This document shows positions 27,602-36,281 of a DNA stretch of 57,085 bases, piece after piece. The stretch lies in IMG/VR virus record IMGVR_UViG_3300044645_002658, positions 1 through 57,085 of that record, one strand, 5' to 3'. Position 1 is the first letter of the stretch; the number at the start of each line of letters is the position of its first letter. The position numbers were made by a program, and so were the translations under genes. Below the pieces are notes generated by a model. That model had not been told where the DNA came from. It saw only the letters and a program-made list of their open reading frames with translations, and did no database searches. Origin of the DNA: a virus. Lineage: Duplodnaviria > Caudoviricetes.

Positions 27602-29903
27602 TATTCAAGTAGATGGTTCAATCATCAACCATAATCAAATTTTCAGTATAATTGAAAACCTTTCATCTGTTTTAGAACAAGGGTTGCATGGTGATATTGT
27701 AGAACTTGGTTGTTATGTTGGTGAATCCTCAAAATACATCCGTAAAACATTAGATGTTTATAATTCAAATAAAACTCTTACGGTCTACGATTCATTTGAA
27801 GGATTACCTCCCCTTAGTAAACATGAAGAAGGTACTGGTTGGAAACCATTTACCTTAAAAACAAGTCAAGAAGTTTTAATTGAGAATTTCAGGAATAATA
27901 ATCTTGTTGAACCGAAAATTGTTAAGGGGTGGTTCAAAGACATAAGGGAAGAAGATTTACCTGAAAAAATTTGTTTTGCTTTTTTGGATGGTGATTTTTA
28001 TGATTCAATTTATGATAGTTTGGTAAAAGTTTATGATAGAATGGTTGAAGGTGGTATAATCATGTTTCATGATTTCAGAAGAAATGATTTACCTGGTGTG
28101 GATGCCGCGGTACGTGATTTTTTTAGAGAAAGAGGTATTGAATATAACTTGGAAGAAGTTGTTGAACAAGTTGGTCGTCACATTGTTGGTGGACCTATCC
28201 CCCAAGAAACACAACAAATTGAAGTAGTAGATTCGGGTTTAACTTTAGTTACGGGTCTTTGGAACATTAGACGTGAATCACTAACCGAGGGTTGGTCACG
28301 TTCTTTCGAACATTATTTAGATAAATTTTCACAACTACTCCAAGTTGAAAATAACATGATAATTTTCGGGGACGTTGAATTGGAAGAGTTTGTTTGGAAA
28401 CATAGAACCCGTGAAAACACACAATTTGTGGCTCGGAATCAAGATTGGTTCAAAAATGAATTTTATGAGAAAATTCAAAAAATCAGAACAAATCCAAATT
28501 GGTTTACTCAAGCAGGTTGGTTGACTGAATCTACCCAAGCAAAACTTGATATGTATAACCCGTTGGTGATGTCAAAAATGTTTTTATTACATGATGCCAA
28601 AATAATTGATTCATTTAATTCGAAATACATGTTTTGGATTGATGCCGGTCTTACCAACACCGTTCATCCGGGATACTTTAGTCATGACAAAGTTTTAAGA
28701 AATCTACCGGAATATATTAACAAATTCAGTTTTGTATGTTTCCCATATGAAGCAAACAGTGAAATTCATGGTTTTGAGTTTAATTCAATTAACAAACTTG
28801 CGGGTAATAAAGTACAAATGGTTGCTCGTGGAGGATTTTTTGGAGGTCCTAAAGACACCATATCAGACGTAAACACAATTTATTACAATTTGATGTCTTC
28901 AACGTTATCTATGGGTCTGATGGGCACTGAAGAGTCCCTGTTCTCAATAATGTGTTACAAACACTCGGATTTAGTAGACTATTTTGAAATTGAGAGTAAT
29001 GGACTATTTGGTAAATTTTTCGAAGATTTGAAAAACAAAAACTTGGAAAGAAAAAACAAACTTTTGTTAACTCCATTAAATGATGATTTGAATGTCGAAA
29101 ATAGTGCTGTTTATGTAATAACATTTAATAGTCCAAATCAGTTTGAGACTTTGATGAAGTCAATGGAGTTGTACGATAGAGATTTTATTGATAAACCAAA
29201 AAAATTCTTACTCGACAACTCTTCGGACTTAACAACAACTCAACGATATGTTGAGCTCTGTGAAAAATTTGGATACCAACATGTAAAAATGGATAATTTA
29301 GGTATTTGTGGTGGTAGACAATGGATTGCTGAACATGCCGAAGAAAACGGTTTTGATTTTTATTTCTTTTTCGAAGATGATATGTTTTTCTATATGGGCG
29401 AAGATAAAGTCTGTAGGAACGGTTTTAATAGGCATTTGAAAAACATTTATACCAATTCAATTGAAATTGTAAAAAAATACCATTACGATTTCTTAAAATT
29501 TAATTATACCGAATTTTATGGTGATAACGGAGTTCAATGGTCGTGGTATAATGTCCCACAAGTATTTAGAGAAAAACATTGGCCCCATAAATCACAGTTG
29601 CCTGTGATGGGTACCGACCCAAATGCTCCAAGAAGCCAATTCAAAAATATTAGAGTCCACAATAATATTCCTGTCATCGATGGAGAAATCTATTATTGTA
29701 ACTGGCCTCAGGTTGTTACAAAACATGGAAACAGAAAAATGTTCTTAACGGACAAATGGGCACATCCATTTGAACAAACATGGATGAGTTATATGTTCCA
29801 AAAAACTATCGAAGGAACATTATCTCCCGCAATGTTATTGGCAACCCCAACTGAACACAATCGATTCGAATTTTACGATGGTTCCTTAAGAAAAGAATCT
29901 TAA
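27564..29903 (+). CDS. Three-domain fusion: TylF/MycF-type sugar O-methyltransferase, WlaTC/HtrL-like glycosyltransferase and GT2-like domain
   Basis: TylF: GDIVELGCYVG, YDSFEGLP, KGWF, FAFLDGDFYDS. HtrL-like: TLVTGLWNI, WIDAG, GGFFGG, GTEE. C-terminal: NLGICGGRQ, FFFEDDM. Confidence 0.8.
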   Translation: MNSKIQEAYHFHNIQVDGSIINHNQIFSIIENLSSVLEQGLHGDIVELGCYVGESSKYIRKTLDVYNSNKTLTVYDSFEGLPPLSKHEEGTGWKPFTLKTSQEVLIENFRNNNLVEPKIVKGWFKDIREEDLPEKICFAFLDGDFYDSIYDSLVKVYDRMVEGGIIMFHDFRRNDLPGVDAAVRDFFRERGIEYNLEEVVEQVGRHIVGGPIPQETQQIEVVDSGLTLVTGLWNIRRESLTEGWSRSFEHYLDKFSQLLQVENNMIIFGDVELEEFVWKHRTRENTQFVARNQDWFKNEFYEKIQKIRTNPNWFTQAGWLTESTQAKLDMYNPLVMSKMFLLHDAKIIDSFNSKYMFWIDAGLTNTVHPGYFSHDKVLRNLPEYINKFSFVCFPYEANSEIHGFEFNSINKLAGNKVQMVARGGFFGGPKDTISDVNTIYYNLMSSTLSMGLMGTEESLFSIMCYKHSDLVDYFEIESNGLFGKFFEDLKNKNLERKNKLLLTPLNDDLNVENSAVYVITFNSPNQFETLMKSMELYDRDFIDKPKKFLLDNSSDLTTTQRYVELCEKFGYQHVKMDNLGICGGRQWIAEHAEENGFDFYFFFEDDMFFYMGEDKVCRNGFNRHLKNIYTNSIEIVKKYHYDFLKFNYTEFYGDNGVQWSWYNVPQVFREKHWPHKSQLPVMGTDPNAPRSQFKNIRVHNNIPVIDGEIYYCNWPQVVTKHGNRKMFLTDKWAHPFEQTWMSYMFQKTIEGTLSPAMLLATPTEHNRFEFYDGSLRKES

Positions 29904-29907
29904 GTGG

Positions 29908-29914
29908 TATTTAT
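29908..29914 (+). promoter_or_regulatory. TATTTAT putative phage promoter element
   Basis: 14 nt upstream of ATG 29929. Confidence 0.55.
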
Positions 29915-29928
29915 TGTAAAAATAATTA

Positions 29929-30330
29929 ATGGATTTCTATATAGCTCAAAATGCAACCCTACCTTTGTTAAAAATGCAAGTGGTTAGGGATGGTAGAAGT
30001 GAATATCAATCTTTTATGGATTCTTTGGCGGATGCCAGCATTTACTTTACCATGATAAATGCTGAGACAGGAATTCCAAAAATTGTTTCAAAGCCGGCAT
30101 ATATTGTTGAACTCGTTGGTTTGGACGAAAACGCTCCACCTGAATATTATGTTTATTATAGATTTACATCACGAGACACGAACACCGCAGGGAGATATGT
30201 AGGACAATTTTTAGTGAAATATAATCAAGGTCTACTTGGAGGACCACAGGGGGATTTGATTCTACCACTGAGGGATGCTTTGTATATCAACGTAGAACCA
30301 AGTTTTATTTCTCTCACAGCCTGTTGTTGA
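29929..30330 (+). CDS. Hypothetical virion protein, possibly BppU-N/Ig-like fold
   Basis: The pattern F-I-QNxTLP...YxF...DT..AGxYxGQF...LxLP resembles baseplate upper-protein N-terminal domains. Confidence 0.45.
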   Translation: MDFYIAQNATLPLLKMQVVRDGRSEYQSFMDSLADASIYFTMINAETGIPKIVSKPAYIVELVGLDENAPPEYYVYYRFTSRDTNTAGRYVGQFLVKYNQGLLGGPQGDLILPLRDALYINVEPSFISLTACC

Positions 30331-30358
30331 CGGTAAGGTTCCAAAACCTTATATTTAT
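30327..30358 (+). promoter_or_regulatory. Putative DNA polymerase promoter: TTGACG-N17-TATATT overlapping TATTTAT, with an inverted repeat in the spacer
   Basis: TTGACG at 30327-30332, TATATT at 30350-30355, palindrome TAAGGTT-ccaa-AACCTTA at 30334-30351. Confidence 0.6.
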
Positions 30359-30367
30359 AGAGTAGAT

Positions 30368-30418
30368 GAGAAAGTCAAATTTTACCATAAGGTAAAAGAA
30401 AATATGACACTCGGTAAA
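30368..30418 (+). promoter_or_regulatory. Structured 5' leader of the polymerase gene (candidate translational operator)
   Basis: TTTTACC-ataa-GGTAAAA stem at 30380-30397, flanked by GTCA/TGAC and GAG/CTC outer pairs. Confidence 0.45.
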
Positions 30419-30429
30419 TATTCTTAAAA

Positions 30430-33306
30430 ATGACAACAAACGAAGAAATCAGAGCTTTCTTAGAGGGTAACGACCCTGAGGAACACATAGTTGCGATAGA
30501 ATTTGATTACGTAACTGACTCCATATATAAGATTAAAGAAATACCTGGAAAGGGTAAATTAATTCAAAAAGACCATTTTGTACCCTTTGCTTGGGTTGGT
30601 GACCTCAGAGGTTTGAATTTTTATCAAGGTTCAAAAGCCTTACAAAAAGAGGCTATGAGTAAACACAAAATTGTAATTGAAAAACTACAAACTCACGGAG
30701 ACAAACGATTAGAAAATGGACTTACTTTTTTGGTCAAATCTTTAGCTGGTTATAGAGCTCTTACCCAATTTTTCAGAGATGGTGGGATAGACCCATGGGC
30801 AGAAAAAGTTAGGGATTTGTTTTTGATGTTACCACCAGTTGAACAATATCTTATTCAGAAAGAAAAACGTCTGTTCAAAGGATTTGAAGAATATAACGAC
30901 ATAACCCGATTTGTATTTGACTTGGAAACGACCTCGTTGGAACCCAAAGACGGGCGTATTTTCATGATTGGAATGAAAACTAATAGAGGTTTCCATGAAG
31001 TTATTGAATGTGCAACACCTGAACAAGAAAGAGAGGGGTTAATCAAATTTTTTGACACTATAGATTTTCTTAAACCATCGATTATTGGTGGATATAACTC
31101 ATTTAACTTTGACTGGTATTGGATTTTTGAACGCTCCAAAGCCTTAGGACTCGATATTAAAAAAATCTGTAAGTCACTCAACCCCCAAAGAACAATCACT
31201 CAGAAAGAACAAATGTTGAAGTTGGCTAACGAAGTTGAGAGATACCCTCAAGTTTCTATTTGGGGATATAACGTTATTGATATTTTACACTCAGTCAGAC
31301 GAGCTCAAGCGATTAATTCTAATATTAAGAGTGCCGGTCTTAAGTATATAACACAATATTTGGAAATCGAAGATGAAGACCGTGTATACATTGACCACAC
31401 TGAAATTGGTTCAATGTATGCAAAAAAAGAGGATTATTGGCTAAACATTAAAAATGGTAAATACAAAAAGGCGGATGACCCAAAGTTCAAAGATTTAGAC
31501 ACAAGGTTTCCAGAGATATACAAAAAGGTAAGTGGTCAACAATTAGTTGAACAATATCTTGACGATGACTTGGATGAAACTTTGAGGGTTGACGACGAAT
31601 TTAACCAAGGTTCATTTTTGTTGGCATCTTTGGTTCCAACCACATATGAGAGAGTTTCAACCATGGGAACGGCGACTCTATGGAAAATGATTATGTTGGC
31701 ATGGTCATACAAATATCAGTTAGCAATTCCTGAAAAACAATCAAAGACGGATTTCGTAGGTGGGCTGTCCCGATTAATTACTGTTGGATACTCGACCAAT
31801 GTATTAAAATTGGACTTTTCATCTCTTTATCCATCCATTCAATTGGTTCATGACGTGTTTCCTAAGTGTGATGTTACGGGGGCGATGAAGGGTTTGTTAA
31901 AGTACTTCCGAGACACACGTATTTTGTATAAACAACTGGCTGAGGAATACTCTGAATCCGACCCAAAAAAATCAAAGTCTTTCGATAGAAAACAATTACC
32001 TATTAAGATTTTTATTAACTCCATGTTTGGTGCACTATCGGCACCTCAAGTATATCATTGGGGGGACATGTATATGGGTGAACAAATTACCTGTACTGGT
32101 CGACAATATTTGCGACAGATGATTGCATTTTTTATGAACCGTGGTTATAAACCATTGGTGATGGATACTGACGGTGTTAACTTTTCTGCACCTAATGACA
32201 TAGAAAACAGAATGTATGTTGGAAGAGGTCTGAATTGGAAAGTTAAAGAGGGTAAAGAATATACCGGAGCGGCGGCAGACATTGCTGAATACAATGATAT
32301 TTTCATGAGAGGTGAAATGGCGTTAGACAATGATGGTGTTTGGCCATCTTGTATTAACTTGGCTCGTAAAAACTACGCCTTGATGACTGATTCAGGTAAA
32401 ATTAAGTTGGTTGGAAATACAATTAAGTCAAAAAAACTTCCTGGTTATATTGAGGATTTTTTGGATAAAGGAATCAAAATGTTATTAAAAGGTGAGGGTA
32501 AAGAGTTTGTTGAGTATTACTACGAATATATTCAAAAGATTTACGACAAAAAAATCCCTCTTATTAAAATTGCTCAAAGAGCCAAAGTGAAACAATCTCT
32601 GGATGATTATCAGTTCAGATGTACTCAAAAAACTAAAGCGGGTTCATTAATGTCGAGGCAAGCACACATGGAACTTGCAATCAATCACAAAATGAATGTA
32701 AATTTGGGTGATGTTATTCTTTATGTCAATAACGGAACAAAGGCATCCCATGGAGATGTTCAAAAAGTGAATAAGTTAAAGAGTGGTTGGAGGCCAGATG
32801 ATTTAGATTATTACATGAAAAACCATGGTGAAGTACCAAAAGAGGGTATGGATTCTATGATTAGACTGAATTGTTATATTTTGGACCAATCCGATTTAGA
32901 GAATAATCCGGATTTGACAGGTGATTATAATGTTGCAAGAGCTCTCAACACGTTCAATAAAAGAATAGAACCACTAATGGTTGTATTCCAAGATGAGGTT
33001 AGAAATAATTTGATTGTTACAGAACCTGAATCTCGAGGAATTTTTACCTCAAGCCAATGTGAATTGGTTGGTGGTTTACCATTGGGTCAAGGGGACCAAG
33101 ATGATTTGGACGATGTTTTGAAAATTTCAGACCAAGAACTTTCTTATTGGGATAAGAGAGGTTTGAGCCCAATGTACATGTATGAAAAGGCCGAGGAAGG
33201 TTGGATTAATAAAGTAAAATTATTACCACATTTTCAATCCGTCGGAGGACAAGATGAACCAAGTCTGATTGAGGTGGACCAACTCAACACAAGCACCTCT
33301 ATCTAA
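30430..33306 (+). CDS. Family B DNA polymerase with 3'-5' exonuclease domain
   Basis: FDLETT and GYNSFNFDW (exonuclease); LDFSSLYPSI (motif A), KIFINSMFG (B), MDTDG (C) and RKNYA. Confidence 0.95.
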   Translation: MTTNEEIRAFLEGNDPEEHIVAIEFDYVTDSIYKIKEIPGKGKLIQKDHFVPFAWVGDLRGLNFYQGSKALQKEAMSKHKIVIEKLQTHGDKRLENGLTFLVKSLAGYRALTQFFRDGGIDPWAEKVRDLFLMLPPVEQYLIQKEKRLFKGFEEYNDITRFVFDLETTSLEPKDGRIFMIGMKTNRGFHEVIECATPEQEREGLIKFFDTIDFLKPSIIGGYNSFNFDWYWIFERSKALGLDIKKICKSLNPQRTITQKEQMLKLANEVERYPQVSIWGYNVIDILHSVRRAQAINSNIKSAGLKYITQYLEIEDEDRVYIDHTEIGSMYAKKEDYWLNIKNGKYKKADDPKFKDLDTRFPEIYKKVSGQQLVEQYLDDDLDETLRVDDEFNQGSFLLASLVPTTYERVSTMGTATLWKMIMLAWSYKYQLAIPEKQSKTDFVGGLSRLITVGYSTNVLKLDFSSLYPSIQLVHDVFPKCDVTGAMKGLLKYFRDTRILYKQLAEEYSESDPKKSKSFDRKQLPIKIFINSMFGALSAPQVYHWGDMYMGEQITCTGRQYLRQMIAFFMNRGYKPLVMDTDGVNFSAPNDIENRMYVGRGLNWKVKEGKEYTGAAADIAEYNDIFMRGEMALDNDGVWPSCINLARKNYALMTDSGKIKLVGNTIKSKKLPGYIEDFLDKGIKMLLKGEGKEFVEYYYEYIQKIYDKKIPLIKIAQRAKVKQSLDDYQFRCTQKTKAGSLMSRQAHMELAINHKMNVNLGDVILYVNNGTKASHGDVQKVNKLKSGWRPDDLDYYMKNHGEVPKEGMDSMIRLNCYILDQSDLENNPDLTGDYNVARALNTFNKRIEPLMVVFQDEVRNNLIVTEPESRGIFTSSQCELVGGLPLGQGDQDDLDDVLKISDQELSYWDKRGLSPMYMYEKAEEGWINKVKLLPHFQSVGGQDEPSLIEVDQLNTSTSI

Positions 33307-33558
33307 ATCCAAAACATCCCAATCTTCATCTATTTTATTCTTATCAGGAAAAATAGATACTTTGGTCATTGCTTTGATTTTGATTCTGTCCGTAGTTTTT
33401 GAGTCCAATGTAATTTTGCACTCACTGACATTTCTTACTACTAATGCATACTCTCCATTCGTAGAGTATTCTTTTTCGGCAACTATTGCGAGTTCGGAAG
33501 TTTTAACTAAATTACCCGCAATAATTTTATCAACTGGGATACTTCTGATGATTGACAT
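33223..33558 (-). CDS. Hypothetical small beta-rich protein (probably structural)
   Basis: Start reassigned to ATG 33558, next to the neck gene stop; 3' end overlaps the polymerase 3' end convergently by 84 nt. Confidence 0.6.
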   Translation of the reverse strand: MSIIRSIPVDKIIAGNLVKTSELAIVAEKEYSTNGEYALVVRNVSECKITLDSKTTDRIKIKAMTKVSIFPDKNKIDEDWDVLDLDRGACVELVHLNQTWFILSSDGLKMW

Positions 33559-33559
33559 G

Positions 33560-34678
33560 TTAAATCGCTTGAATCGGAATTGGAAATGCTCTGAATTTAA
33601 GTTGGGTATTAAGGTTTGTTGCAATCTCTGCCTCCTTTTTCATTTGATTCTCAGGACGTAATCTCTCTAACCTGGCTTGAAGTTCTGTTAACAAAGTTAC
33701 CTTTTCATCTTTAGCTTCTGTTTGTAAAGAGGTGTAATCCATAGTAATTTCACTATCAGGTGTTTTCAAATTACCACTAAACTTACCTCTTACTCTAGCC
33801 AAAGTTTCTTTACAATATGCCGTAAACCATCTTCTAACCCAAATTCTTGCTGGGTCATTTAAGTCAACCCACATAATCTCATCCAATGGAATGTCTGAAG
33901 GTAATTTGACAATATCAGGGTTGTCGGACAAACAAAGACCTCTATTTTCATCAGTAGTATCATAATACCAATACCAAACTCGACCTCTCATTAATTCAGA
34001 ATCTCCAAAGTCAAATTTTCCACCTGGAGTGTTGTACAACATAACGGCTCTTTTTCCATCAGGAAGTGCGGTTACTCGATATTGTAAATCAGGCTGAATT
34101 AGTCTTCTTTTTACATTAATATCTTGTAGACGTGCCATGACATCAAAAGAAGAGAAGAAGAAATAACCTCCACCACCATAGCCGCCCTGGGCAAATCCTC
34201 CAGGTCCACCTAATCCACCCGGTCCACCCAACGCTCCAAAAGACCATGGGTCAAACAACATATTATTTTCTTCGGCTGGTGAATACCACAATAATTCGTT
34301 CAGTTCTCGACCTGCAGGAATTTCGTAAATTTGTTGGTTTGAAACTAAATCAATATAATCTTTCTTCAAAACCCATGGACCTGAGTTTTGAAGACCGACA
34401 ATTTTGGAATATGCGTAGGTATATTGTGTTTCCCAATCAAGTGTTCTTCTAATCAGAGCATTAGCTACAGATTGGGTATCTAAGTTCAAACCATACAAGG
34501 TCGTCCATTGTGATTCAATCAACCAATCTTGTACGTATTGAGCATAATCACCGATGGACAATTCCAATAAAGAGTCCATCATTTCGTATTCCAATTCTAC
34601 GGCTCTCAGTGGTGCTCCAAGTAGATTCAGGATACGATTATACAATCTGGTTCTTTCGGGTTCAGGGATTACTGCCAT
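33560..34678 (-). CDS. Neck/head-completion protein (T4 gp13-like)
   Basis: ILNLLGAPLRAVEL at the N-terminus and WVRRWFTAYCKETLARVRGKFSG near the C-terminus are typical of gp13-like neck proteins. Confidence 0.75.
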   Translation of the reverse strand: MAVIPEPERTRLYNRILNLLGAPLRAVELEYEMMDSLLELSIGDYAQYVQDWLIESQWTTLYGLNLDTQSVANALIRRTLDWETQYTYAYSKIVGLQNSGPWVLKKDYIDLVSNQQIYEIPAGRELNELLWYSPAEENNMLFDPWSFGALGGPGGLGGPGGFAQGGYGGGGYFFFSSFDVMARLQDINVKRRLIQPDLQYRVTALPDGKRAVMLYNTPGGKFDFGDSELMRGRVWYWYYDTTDENRGLCLSDNPDIVKLPSDIPLDEIMWVDLNDPARIWVRRWFTAYCKETLARVRGKFSGNLKTPDSEITMDYTSLQTEAKDEKVTLLTELQARLERLRPENQMKKEAEIATNLNTQLKFRAFPIPIQAI

Positions 34679-34691
34679 CAGTTTTTTTCTT

Positions 34692-34698
34692 ATAAATA
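34692..34698 (-). promoter_or_regulatory. TATTTAT putative phage promoter element
   Basis: 13 nt upstream of the neck gene ATG on the minus strand. Confidence 0.55.
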
Positions 34699-34706
34699 TC
34701 TAATGA

Positions 34707-36230
34707 TTATAATTGGTACAAAAGGCTATCTAATGGGAAGTAATATTCACCATTTTTGATAACAACTCTTTTATTATCAAATACGACAGCTTCACTATTG
34801 TTTCTCAAGAATATCATCCAGTCAGTTTTGTACCTTTTGACATTTGCAGAACCAACAATTTTATACATTCCATCTTCCTCAATTAACTTGTTGAATGGTT
34901 TGATTTGAACCGTAAGTTTTTTTCCGTCCAAATTCACTTTGGCGTCGATTCCCATCATATCTTCCTTGCTCCCCAATTCACCAACTTTTTCAACATTTTC
35001 GTCACCAAATTTTTCTTTCAATTTTTTGGTAACAATATCTTCAGTGTTTGAACCTCGCTGTGATGTCATTCCAATTTTATTCATCATACTTTGGAAAGTC
35101 TTGGATTCGTTACTAAAAATTCGGAATTTTAATTCATTTAGAATACTCAACATCCTATCCATTTCCAAAACTTGTTCGTCATGATTTTTTCCAACGAATG
35201 AAATTTGAGGAACATTATGCCTTTCCAAAACTTTATTCATATCTCTCATTAAAATACAAAACGTACTGAAGTTTGTGTTCAAGTAGTTAATAATTGACCT
35301 ACCAGGTTTTTCCAAATCATAAATTCCTTTTGAAGTCTTTGGTCTGTATTCGTTGTCACCATAATACTTGTTTGGGTATATCTCAGCCAAAATTGACATG
35401 ATTGCGTCACTATACATTAGTAACGCCTCGGTGTTGTTGTTGAACAAATTTCTTGATTGGGAAAGTTCTTGTTTAGAACATGGCTCCGATACGGACTCCA
35501 AAATAAACTCTTTAACACTTGTGCTTTCGTTGATGTTTTTCTTGGTTAATTTTTGGAGTTCAGATTCAACATAATCCCAATTGACTACTTTCCAAAAGTT
35601 TTTGATATATTCGTCCCTTTTATTTTTATATTTCAAATAATAGGCATGTTCCCATAAATCCAATCCCAATAAAGGTTGACCCCCATTTTTAATGATATTC
35701 ATTAAAGGATTGTCTTGATTGGGTGTTGTCATAATTTTCAATGTCCCTCTTTTGGTTAAAACCAACCAAACCCAACCTGAACCGAATCTATCTTTTGCTT
35801 GAGTTTCAAATTGTTCCTTAAAACTTTCAAAACTTCCAAATCTTGTATTAATTTTTTTCAGAATTAATCCCTTGGGCTTCGTGGGTTTGGGTGATAACAT
35901 TTTCCAAAATATTGCATGGTTATAAGCACCACCCGCATTATTCCTAATTGTTGAACTGAATCGTTGAATTGTTTTTACAATTTGTTCCAAGTCCAAATCA
36001 CCAAAATCACCCTTTTCTAACGCTCCATTTAATTTATCTACATAACCTTTATAGTGTCTGTTGTAGTGAACATTCATTGTCTCGGGGTCAATGAATTGTT
36101 TTAGAGCTGAATATGCGTATGGTAATTTTTCTACTTCTATTTTTTTTGTTTCCGTAAGACTTTCCCTCTTTTGTTGTTGTTCGTGTAATTGTTTTTCGAG
36201 GTTATTAATCTTATTTCTTAAATTTTTCAT
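34707..36230 (-). CDS. Fe/Mn superoxide dismutase (Mn-type signatures) fused to a C-terminal region with a PD-(D/E)xK-like motif
   Basis: LPYAYSAL, HYNRH, NNAGGAYNH, FGSGWVWL, TPNQD and LDLWEHAYY (all four metal ligands). About 280 extra C-terminal residues include EDIV...GIDAKV...TVQIKP. Confidence 0.9.
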   Translation of the reverse strand: MKNLRNKINNLEKQLHEQQQKRESLTETKKIEVEKLPYAYSALKQFIDPETMNVHYNRHYKGYVDKLNGALEKGDFGDLDLEQIVKTIQRFSSTIRNNAGGAYNHAIFWKMLSPKPTKPKGLILKKINTRFGSFESFKEQFETQAKDRFGSGWVWLVLTKRGTLKIMTTPNQDNPLMNIIKNGGQPLLGLDLWEHAYYLKYKNKRDEYIKNFWKVVNWDYVESELQKLTKKNINESTSVKEFILESVSEPCSKQELSQSRNLFNNNTEALLMYSDAIMSILAEIYPNKYYGDNEYRPKTSKGIYDLEKPGRSIINYLNTNFSTFCILMRDMNKVLERHNVPQISFVGKNHDEQVLEMDRMLSILNELKFRIFSNESKTFQSMMNKIGMTSQRGSNTEDIVTKKLKEKFGDENVEKVGELGSKEDMMGIDAKVNLDGKKLTVQIKPFNKLIEEDGMYKIVGSANVKRYKTDWMIFLRNNSEAVVFDNKRVVIKNGEYYFPLDSLLYQL

Positions 36231-36261
36231 TCTATGGCTATGTTGTAAGTTTATACAGATA

Positions 36262-36268
36262 ATAAATA
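36262..36268 (-). promoter_or_regulatory. TATTTAT putative phage promoter element
   Basis: 31 nt upstream of the SOD-fusion ATG on the minus strand. Confidence 0.5.
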
Positions 36269-36281
36269 GCCTGAAAAAATA

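Noticed and set aside
30430-33306. Intein or intron in the DNA polymerase (helicase also inspected)
   Set aside because: Motif spacing looks normal; no C...HN splice junctions or LAGLIDADG motifs were seen.
33269-33661. Plus-strand 130-aa ORF and other short overlapping ORFs (e.g. 38807-39268, 44027-44452)
   Set aside because: They lie antisense to well-supported genes and have no recognisable motifs.
34170-34235. GC-rich patch in the neck gene as a possible foreign insert or RNA element
   Set aside because: It is explained by a Gly-rich coding loop (GALGGPGGLGGPGGFAQGGYGGGG).
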